Positions 55,401-64,000 of a stretch of DNA of 64,000 bases are shown piece after piece. The notes beneath the pieces were generated by a model. It made no database searches and had not been told where the DNA came from. It saw nothing but the letters and a program-made list of their open reading frames with translations. Source of the DNA: Thecamonas trahens ATCC 50062. Its lineage: Eukaryota; Protista; Apusomonadida. The stretch lies in assembly GCF_000142905.1 (NCBI RefSeq), contig NW_013657621.1, forward strand, positions 15,457 to 79,456, written 5' to 3'. Made by a program: the position numbers and the translations under genes. Position 1 is the first letter of the stretch, and every line of letters begins with the position of its first letter.

Positions 55401-56820
55401 CATGCTGGCCACCGTCCGGTTTGGCCTCCCCGACTCACTGCAGGGCGTTCTTCTTGCTGCCCACGCCACCAACCTCGATCCTGCGCTCTTTGCCATCGAG
55501 TGTACCATTCCGTCGTTTGTGGCACGCTACATCCTGGTCGCCTCGTTCCCCGTTGTCATCTTGGTGGTGGCGTGCGGCATGTGCTTTGTCATTGCGCTCA
55601 CGGCTGCCTCGTTTCCGATTCTCAAGGCCAAGTACGCGCCCTCGGCCGGGGCATCACTGCGTGCCCTCCTGCCGGCGCTGCTCGAGCGAGTTGTCCTCAC
55701 CCTCGGCCCGCTGCTGTACATTCCGCTAGTCCGCAGCAGCCTCGCGTTTCTCGACTGCTCTGCGCTCCCGGCGGGGCGCGGCTACTTTGTTGACGCTGAT
55801 CCGAGCCTGGCGTGCTACTCGAGCGAGTGGTGGGCCCTCTTTCCAGCCTTCTTGGCTTCGGCCACGATCTATGGGCTTGGTCTGCCGGGCTACATCGTGT
55901 TCCGACTGAGGCAGTCGTCAGGCCGACTGACGCAGCTCGGCGTCATTGCGCGGTATGGGTGTGTTTATCAGCCGTTCCGGCGGCCGACGTTTTTCTTTGC
56001 CCCTATCATGCTGGCGCGGAGCGCCGGCATGGTTGCCGCCACGCTCTTCTTCTCGTCATCGCCAGTCTGGGTTGCTGCGCTCGCGCTCATCATCACTCAG
56101 GGATGGATGATGACCATCATCCGGTGGCGGCCGCACTTTGAGCCGCTACACAACTCGCTCGAGCTCGGATATGGGCTGGCGCTCACGAGTCTTGTCCTAC
56201 TGTGTCTCGTCTTTCTCGCTGTCGACCGACCGTCAGCCGCAACCGTCCAGTTCTTTGAAGTTGCGGGCGTCTGCTGCGTCCTTGCAGTCGCCGCGGCTGG
56301 TCTCCTGGTTGCCGTCTACGAAGCTATTGCCATTTTCCGGGTCAAGGCGCAGGCCGAGACAAGCGACCACGGCGGCGGCACGAGTGGCAAGCTCGGCCCG
56401 GCCGCCAAGTCGCGGCTCAACATGCGCGAGCTGGTCGTTTGGCACACTTTTCTTCGCGAGGTTGATGACTTTGACAACGAAGAGCTCGCGGCGCAGCTCC
56501 ACACGCTCCTGGCGGATCTCCACGGGCTCTCGATTGTGGGTTCGGTCGAGGAGGCTCGGTCGAGGCTCGGCTCGTCGGCCTCGACCGGCGCGTTCGGCCT
56601 GCAGCTCCGCAAGGAGACTGACGACTTTGCCGGTGTCGGTGGCTTGGACGGTGTCGAGCTCACAAGCATGGATGCGCCTGTGCGACCGGTGCGGCCGACG
56701 CGCGAGCTGATGATCTCGCGTGAGGCGCCGGCCCGACCGATGCGGCCGGCACGGCCGGCGCAACATGATGTTGCCGAGCCGGCGCGGCCGGCGCGCAAGA
56801 CCACGGTGCGGTTTGCGTGA
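52475..56820 (+). CDS. Receptor-like protein: signal peptide, beta-rich ectodomain, FN3, Cys-rich repeats, multi-pass TM (frameshift at ~54510-54523)
   Basis: MPSLPLLLALALALAA; FN3 end ISGLEPDTLYVVT...GYGPFS; CPRGGLC...PGYF; YGCVYQPFRRPTFFF. Confidence 0.83.
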
Positions 56821-56959
56821 GGAACCACCACAAGAAAGAATACGGGCTGCTGTATCGCCAACAAATAATACGGGTTTACTCATGCGGTTGTGGCGTTGGA
56901 GAGCACCGGCAATTGGATGTGTGGTGGGCGGGAGTGGGAGTGGGAGAGGTAGGTGAGCC

Positions 56960-58929
56960 TTAGCGGCGACGGCCGCCGCCACCGCCACCGTTGCGGCCAC
57001 CACCGTTGCGGCCACCGCCGTTGCGGCCACCGCCGTTGCGGCCACCGCCGTTGCGGCCGCCGCCGTTACCGCCGCCGAGGCCCCAGGATGAGCCGTTGGA
57101 ACCCTTGGCCTCGTACACGAGGCCGGGCACATTCTTGAGGCCCATCTTGCCAACGGTGGACTTCTTGAGCGGCGGGATGTAGGTAAGGCCCTGGATGGCG
57201 GCCCAGCGGTTGGCAGCCTGAACGACATCCTCGGCGCGCCAGCGGAGCTTCTTGAGGGCACCCTTGTAAAAGCCGAGCCACGACTGGTACGACTGGCAGG
57301 CGGCGAGGTTGAGCTCGTTGTCAGTGGGGACGGTGGCGAGGACGGCATCGAGGCGGGCCGTGGCAGGGAGACCGGCCATGGGCGACGGCGGGACGTCAAC
57401 GCCGTCGGCGTCCTTGTCCGCGTCGGTGAGCGGGAGGTCGGCGAGCTCACGGAGAATGAACGTCTCAAAGTCAGCCAGGATGAGGACGCCCTTGCCGGTG
57501 CGGCCGGCGCGCGAAGTCCGGCCAAGCCGGTGAATGTACTGCTCGCGCGAGGTGAAGCCGATCTGGACAACGTGGGTGATGCCCGGAAAGTCGAGACCGC
57601 GGGCCGAGACGTCCGAGGAGAAGAGGACAAAGCCAGCGTTGTCGCGGAACTTCTTGGTCACCTTTGTGCGGTACGACTGCGACTTGCGCGAGTGGATCTC
57701 GAGCGTCGGCACGTCGAGCTTGCGGAACAGGGCGGCAAGGTAGCCGGTGGTCCGGGCCGTGGTGCAGAAGACGATGATCTTGAACTGGTCGTTCTCGGCA
57801 ATGGCCTGCTGGATGGCGAGGTAAGTGGCGTGGAGGATGTCGCCAAACTCGCGGACGACGTACTGCTGACGGACCTTCTGGCAGGTGGAGACTGCGTCCT
57901 CACCGATGGTGTCAACAAACTCGTGGTCACGGCGCATGGCAACGTGGCAGATGGCGTGGAGTGACTTGGGCACCGTCGCCGAAAACAGGAGCGTCTGCCG
58001 CGACTCGATGGCCGGGAGGAATGCGAGAATGCGCTCAATGTCCGGGCGGAAGCCCATCTCGAGGAGGCGGTCGGCCTCGTCAAAGACGAGGACCTGGAGC
58101 GAGGCCGAGATGCGCTCCGCGAGGCCACGCGTGTTGCGCAGGTGGTCCAGCAGCCGCCCGGGCGTCGCCACAAGGATCGAGACCGCGCCCGGCGAGGTGA
58201 GCTTGCGCGTCTCGGCGCCCATCTTGACGCCTCCAAAGACGCAGAGCGTGGCAATGCCGCTGTAGTTGACCGTCAGCCGCGATGCCTCCTTCTCAATCTG
58301 CTGGGCGAGCTCGCGCGTCGGCGAGAGAATGAGCGCCGAGATGTCGGCGCCAGCCGAGCCCGAGACAAGGATGTTCTGGATGGTCGGGATGAGGAAAGCG
58401 AGTGTCTTGCCCGTTCCTGTCCGCGCACGCACCAGCACGTCCCGTCCAGCGAGAATAAACGGCAGCGACGCGTCCTGCACGTCTGTCAGGTGGGTGTAGC
58501 CCATGCCCGACACAATAGCGTCAATCATGCCGGCGTCGATGGCCAGCGACGAAAACGTGGCGTTGGTCAGGTGCTCCGCAGTCGTAGCAGACATGCCTGC
58601 CGGTACCGAAGCGCCGCTGGTCGTCTTGGCCTTCTTGGCCGGCCGCGACGTCGAGTTGGTCGACGACGTTGACGATGCCGGCGACATCTGCCCGCGTCCG
58701 CCGTTGCCGCTACCCCTGTTGCCTGCCGCTCCGCCGTTGTTAGTCCACCGCGTGGCAGACGACGCCGGTGGTGCCCGCCCGGAGCCGTTGCTGCCGTTGG
58801 CTCCGCCGCGCGGTGCCGGCGGCTGGTCTGCGTTCGGGCAATCGCGCTTGATGTGGCCCTCCTGTCCACAGTGGAAGCAGCCCTTGTTGCGCCCACCGCG
58901 GCCGCGGCGGCGGTTGCGCTTGCGCGGGT
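56960..58929 (-). CDS. DEAD-box RNA helicase, Mss116/CYT-19/Has1-like, with N-terminal CCHC zinc knuckle and (GGRNG)n tail; 5' exon(s) unresolved
   Basis: Motifs ARTGTGKT, SPTRELA, TPGRLLDHL, DEAD, SAT, ARGLD, HRLGRTSR. In frame upstream of ATG 58687 lies CFHCGQEGHIKRDC. A likely CAG acceptor at 58930-58932 has a CTCAC branch-like motif upstream. Confidence 0.9.
56979..57076 (-). repeat. 15-nt tandem repeat encoding (GGRNG)~5
   Basis: ccaccgccgttgcgg repeated. Confidence 0.92.
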
Positions 58930-59099
58930 CTGTGGCGTGCGCGGGTGGGGGGTGAGTCCAACAATATTTTTGCGCGTGGCTGTACCTTCACTCTGCCCAG
59001 GCGCTCACTCGGTGGCCGTCTCAAATATCTGACATTAGCTCTCTCCCGCCCGCCCGCCCGCTCCCTCGGCTCGGCCGCACTGCTTGGCGCGACCATTAG

Positions 59100-59350
59100 C
59101 AGGGGGGGGGGGGGGGGGGAGGGGAGGGAGGGACGGAGGAGGAGAGCAAGGAGGAGCGAGGGAACAAGGAAAGGGGCGAGGAGGAGGAGGAGGGGGGCGG
59201 TGGGGAGGGCGGGCAGGCGGGCGCGGGGAGGCTGGGTGGCCTGGGATGGCCGGCCATCCCCGACTTTGAGCATGTTGTGGTGGGCGGGAGGGTGGCGGGG
59301 AGGGAGAAGGAGGGAAGGGCGGAGGGCGGCGGATGGGCTCCAGGGGGGCG
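59100..59350 (+). repeat. G-rich purine tract between divergent genes
   Basis: Run of ~18 G followed by gga/ggga motifs. Confidence 0.8.
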
Positions 59351-59661
59351 TACTAGTCGGTTGGGAGTTGGGAGTGTTGGAGTCCATGATTGATGGACGA
59401 GAAGTGTTGCCTAGATGCGCCTGTCCGTGCTGGCCAGCTGGTCGGCTGGCGGCCGCGAGTGGCGGGAACGTTGTTGTGCCTGAAACGTCCATTTGTTCCA
59501 ATGTCCTCGAATTGATGACCGACGATGACGTATGTTCGCGGTGGGCAGAGGGGGGGGGGGATGGGTGACAACTCACGAGAGTTGGTGTCGATGGGGGTGG
59601 ACGCCCACCATCGTCGGGCTATCGCCTCAACTGGAGCAGGATCATTGTGGCGCACCTTCTC

Positions 59662-60417
59662 ATGGCCGCCGTGCTGGTGGTGGTGGTGGCGGGCAACGCG
59701 GCGACTTGGATCGAGGTGACGGATTGGGACGACCGGTCGTCGACTTGCGCAGGCCAGGGGACGACGCTGTTGTTGGACACGTCGACGTGCTACTACTCGT
59801 CGACGATCGATGCATACTACAAGGTGAGCGCGTCGTGCACGACAGGCCAGGACAATGTGCTTTTTACCGTCTGCGACGACTCGGCATGTTCGAGCAACTG
59901 CGCCGCCGCATCGACCGGCGCCGTCGGCTTCAACACCTGTGCTGGCACCAGCCGCGTCTTTGGCCGCCCGCCCAAGTCCGGCTCATCCGAGCACTACCTC
60001 AAGCCGCTGCTGTGCTACACCGATGTCGGCATCCCATCGGCGTGGGACTCCAAGCCGGTCCTCGCCCACTTTAGCGGCCGCACCTGCACCGGCAAGGCCA
60101 CCCACTTTGCCGACATCTCGTGCTTCTACTCGGACGCTTTCGGCGCCCCGGCCGTCACTCAGTGCTCCGCTGGCAAGCTCAGGACCGCAAAGTGCATCCA
60201 CGGTTGCCCCGATGGCTGCGCCTCGCTCTCGGACGAGAGCCCGGCCTGCCATGCCTCATCGGGCACGACTGGCTCGGGTGCTACCCTCCACTTTTCCACC
60301 ATCGCAGAGTGCACCCCGACTCGCTTCCGCTCTGCCGCCGCTTCGCTCGCCCCGCGCCCGATTCTGGCCGCCGCCGCCGCCATCCTCGGCTTCTGGCTCG
60401 CCGCCGCCCTTGCCTAG
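59662..60417 (+). CDS. Secreted Cys-rich protein with a GPI-anchor-like C-terminus
   Basis: Hydrophobic N-terminus, two loosely similar Cys-rich halves, C-terminal SAAAS...ILAAAAAILGFWLAAALA. The true start may be ATG 59591 via a -1 shift at G5. Confidence 0.75.
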   Translation: MAAVLVVVVAGNAATWIEVTDWDDRSSTCAGQGTTLLLDTSTCYYSSTIDAYYKVSASCTTGQDNVLFTVCDDSACSSNCAAASTGAVGFNTCAGTSRVFGRPPKSGSSEHYLKPLLCYTDVGIPSAWDSKPVLAHFSGRTCTGKATHFADISCFYSDAFGAPAVTQCSAGKLRTAKCIHGCPDGCASLSDESPACHASSGTTGSGATLHFSTIAECTPTRFRSAAASLAPRPILAAAAAILGFWLAAALA

Positions 60418-60476
60418 TCGACGATGACGACGACAACAGCTGTAGCAGCGTCATATCCAATGGATTTATTGCATAA

Positions 60477-60623
60477 GTATCCCTTGATCCCTTGTTGTAG
60501 TCTTGATCCCTTGTTGTAGTCTTGCCATTGTCCCCGGAGATATAAGTAAGGTGCAATTGATGATGTGCATATGTGTGCCGAGGGTGTGCAACGAGGGTGT
60601 GCAACGAGGGTGTGCAACGAGGG
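60477..60623. repeat. Short tandem duplications in a convergent intergenic region
   Basis: gatcccttgttgtagtctt x2 and cgagggtgtgcaa x3. Confidence 0.8.
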
Positions 60624-60652
60624 GACGAGGAGACCGAGGCAGCACGGGTCAC

Positions 60653-63600
60653 TCACACATCCTCCTCCGGAACAAGATGTATCGCGTGCATCAAGTCCGA
60701 GTTGGGGATGATGGGGCAGCCAGTGATGAGCGACGACGACGAGGTGACGCCCGAGGCTGACACCGAAGTCGATGCCGAGGTCGAGGTCGACGCTGCCGTC
60801 GAGGTCGACTCGTGGACAGCAGAGTCGACGAGTGGGTAGCCGGCATTGTCCATGTATGCACGCTCAGAGTCGCGGCGGGAGGCGTCGGCACGAGCCGCTG
60901 CCGAGTTGATGCACGCCCGGACGGTGGGAAGTCTGAGCGATGGTGGGATGGAGCCGAGTCCGGTTGTGGACGAGAGTGACGATTCCGAGGTGAGTGCCGA
61001 GTACGAGGACGAGCCTGCAAGCGATGCTGGCCGCGAGCAGAATGGCGACCGCACGGTCTGTTCGGGCGCTGTCGGTTGCGGTGAGGCTGAAATGTGGTAG
61101 ACGCGCGCGGCAGTCCCGCTGCCGGCCGAGACATACACGCCAGTCTCGCATGCAAGTTGCGGCGGTGAGAGGAGGGCAAGCGGCTGTGGGAGGGTGATCA
61201 TTTGGACCAGCGCTCCGTTGCGCGCCGACCGGACCTCAATGCCGTAGTCGGAGAGAGCCAAGATGTAGTAGTCGATGGCGACAAACGATGTCGGCGCGTA
61301 GCACCAGCATAAGGGTGCCGCCCGCTGCGGGAGCTCGCCGGTGTCGGCGTCGACAAGGATCGACGAGACGCCCGAGGCTAAGAAGATATGCGACGACGGT
61401 GTGTCGATCGAGATCTCGATGGCCGCCGCCGCCGTAGACGCCGGTGTGATCGGCAGCTTGTGCCCTTTCTTGTTGAGCGTCACAAACTTGCCGGTCCGAG
61501 CATGCATGATGAGGTAGGTGCCGGCAACCGCGAGCCCGAGCCGTCCTGTGGAGAGGAACGTGACAAACGACGGCGCCGTCTCGAGGTTAATCCGCGTGTC
61601 GAGGACGTAGGCGCCAGCAGGGGCGACCCAGTCAAAGACATGGAGCGAGGCCTTGACCGAGACCACAACCTTGTGGCTCGTCTGGCAAACCGCAAGCCAC
61701 TCGCACCGCTTCGTCTCGGGCAGCCGGTGGACAATGGCCTTGCCGAGCGCGGTGAGGTGGAGGACGACAACGCCATGCTTGCGCTTGCACAGCCGCGCCA
61801 CCGCGAGCCCGAGATTGTGTACCACGTAGATGGCATCGGCCTGCTTGCCAAACAGCGTTGTCTTTGCAGTGTCGTCCGGCGAGAGCAGGTGGATTCCGTC
61901 GGCGTCAGAGTAGACAGCCGCGTTGCGCCACGGCGCAAAGGCGGTCACTGCCGACGGGCCGGGCGGAAGCGCGTTCACCGCCGAAAAGACCGTCAGTGCG
62001 TCTGACGCCGCGGCCAGCGGCATCACTGACGACCGCCGCGGCCCGCGGAGTGCAGATCCCAGAAGCGGCGGCAAGTTCGTTCCGCTTGTGCATGCCGCTT
62101 CACCCGACGGCGGCCCGACCCCGTACCCGGGTTCGCTCCCGTCGACTGCCGCCATGGCCGAGTCGAGGAGGTCTTTGCGGAACGCTGCTGCAGGGCCTGC
62201 GAGCCCTGGTGCCGACGCCCGGGCCGATGCCAGCCCGTTGATCACGTTGGTCAGCATCGAGTGGACCGCCGTCTGCGTCGCAGGCACCTTGAGTGAGGAA
62301 AAGTGCGGGCCAAACGGAGCGATCGACGCCGCATGCGCGTACTGCATCACGTACGCGTCCGAGTCGTCAGGATGCGGCGAGACGACAACCGTGACGTGGA
62401 CATGCTGCGAGCCGAGCGACGACGGCGAGAACAGCGCGCTCTCACGGACGCCCGAGTGGAATACAATGATCGCCGGCGTGTGCGAGACCAGCGCCTTGCG
62501 CCGCGTCGACCGCACAAACGAGCACTCGTCGTCGTCAACCTCGTTGGGAATAAGCGGCGCCACGTGGAACATGACATCCTTGCCTGCAAGCTGGGTAAAC
62601 ATCGAGTGCTCGCCCGACGTCCCGTTCTCCGTGTCCAGCGAGCCGGGGTAGCCATCCCACCCCAAGAGCGGCACGCACGTCCCGAGCCGCGCGATAAACT
62701 CGCACAGCGGCGCATCCGCAGAAGCCGGATACGTCGCGTTGTTGCCCAGGAGCTCAGACCGCGTCACCTGCCCGTCGTGCGCATACACCACCCCAATCGG
62801 CAGAGCACGCAGGAAACTCTCGTCCTCGAGCACGAGGAGAGTCTGCACAAAGTTGGGGCCCACCACGCACCGGAAAAACGACCGGACCCGGTACAGGCTG
62901 TTGGGATCGACGACCGCCAGTGCCGCGCGCAAGTCCGTCTTGAACGACCGGAACGCCTTGCGCGCCGCAAACGCCACCCGTCGCACAGTCGTCTCGCACC
63001 ACACAATGGCGCGGATCGTCCCGTGCTTGCTCCTGCCCTCGGCTGTTCGCATCACAGAAACGACGTACACTGAGTCGAGGTCGGCCACAAAGTTTGCGTG
63101 CGGCGCTCCGAGGAACAGCAGCCGGTACCAGGCAAGGAGAAGCTTGGGATTCTCTTCAACCGTGTTGTACTCGGGCCCGGTATACCACGAGCCCACAGGC
63201 TCGATCGTCTGCCACCCCGGCGCGTTCAGAACGAGCCGTGACGTCGCCACGTGCACAGGCAGCGCCTTGGTCGCTGCAAGATCCGACGGCTGCGTCTCGG
63301 CGCCAAGACCGTCCACGTCCGCCCCGCTACTCATCAGCGTGCCCAGCGTCCGCACATCGCGCGGCGTCGACGGGCCGCTCGACTGCTCCTCTGGCCCTGC
63401 TCGTCTCTCGTTCCCGCGAGCAGGGGCTGCTTCCGCACGCGTCTCGTACGCCACCTGCGCGGCGTTTCCATCGGCGTCCAGCTCAAACGAGAGATCACCA
63501 TCGACAGCCCGCGCCGCCCGGATCGCCGCCACAAGCTCTGCTCGCCACCGCGACGTCAGCCGCGCGTCGGCCGCCGCCAAAATGAGAGTCGGCAGTGATG

Positions 63601-63950
63601 CCCGGTCGATGTCGTCCACCGCCGCCACCGCCGTCAACGCAGACGATGTTGACCGTGCAGTCGTTGTCTCACTTGCCTCCTCGTCGTTCTCAGACTCGAT
63701 GCCGGGAAGGCCGCCAACGGCCTCGAACAACGGCGCGAGCCGGAATGGCGTCGCAGGCATGCCACATGGCCCAGAGCTAGATGCCGCCGCCACAGGCACT
63801 TGCTGCAGCTGCGATGAGTACGCATCGAGCGGGAGAGTGAGCGTTGCGAGCATCTGGTCCTTGGCCGAGCCCGGGGCGCTGGCAGAGCCACCGGGGCAGA
63901 CCGGCCGGAGCACAAGATGCGCCGCCGAAAGAAGCGCCTCGTACTCGGTC
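60653..63950 (-). CDS. PH + Rap-GAP-like + CNH domain protein (GARNL3-like architecture), 5' part beyond the window
   Basis: RapGAP motifs IGVVYAHDGQ..ELLGNN, GSLDTENGTSGEHS, VMFHVAPLIP; CNH-like YILALSDYGIEVRSARNGALVQ; PH-like LILAAADARLTSRWRAEL. Probable TAG acceptor at 63951-63953. Confidence 0.83.
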
Positions 63951-64000
63951 CTACGCGCCCATGGAATGAAAAACGTGAGTATGCAGGAAGGGGGGGGGGG

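Overview
GC-rich, gene-dense and intron-poor eukaryotic (protist) draft-genome DNA with three N-gaps. Gene content (FG-GAP/integrin-alpha-like propellers, prominin, annexin, RapGAP-CNH, DEAD-box) and composition suggest an apusomonad such as Thecamonas trahens; this is inference only. About 19 protein-coding genes are visible. Six belong to one receptor-like family with a shared Cys-rich stalk and multi-pass TM C-terminus but different ectodomains, and four of these form two head-to-head pairs. Also present: a prominin-like protein fused to annexin repeats, a DSP phosphatase fused to a TDP2-like EEP domain, an M28 peptidase, a ~3400-aa P-loop protein, a histidine acid phosphatase, an ankyrin protein, a Zn-knuckle Mss116-like DEAD-box helicase, a GPI-type Cys-rich protein, a PH-RapGAP-CNH protein lacking the catalytic Asn, a 42-heptad coiled-coil repeat gene and a piggyBac-like transposon relic. 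At least 8 (possibly 9) breaks in host genes are apparent single-base losses at homopolymers, all in the -1 direction; sequencing error is the most likely cause. No rRNA, tRNA or CRISPR array was recognised. All family assignments are by eye from motifs; no searches were run.
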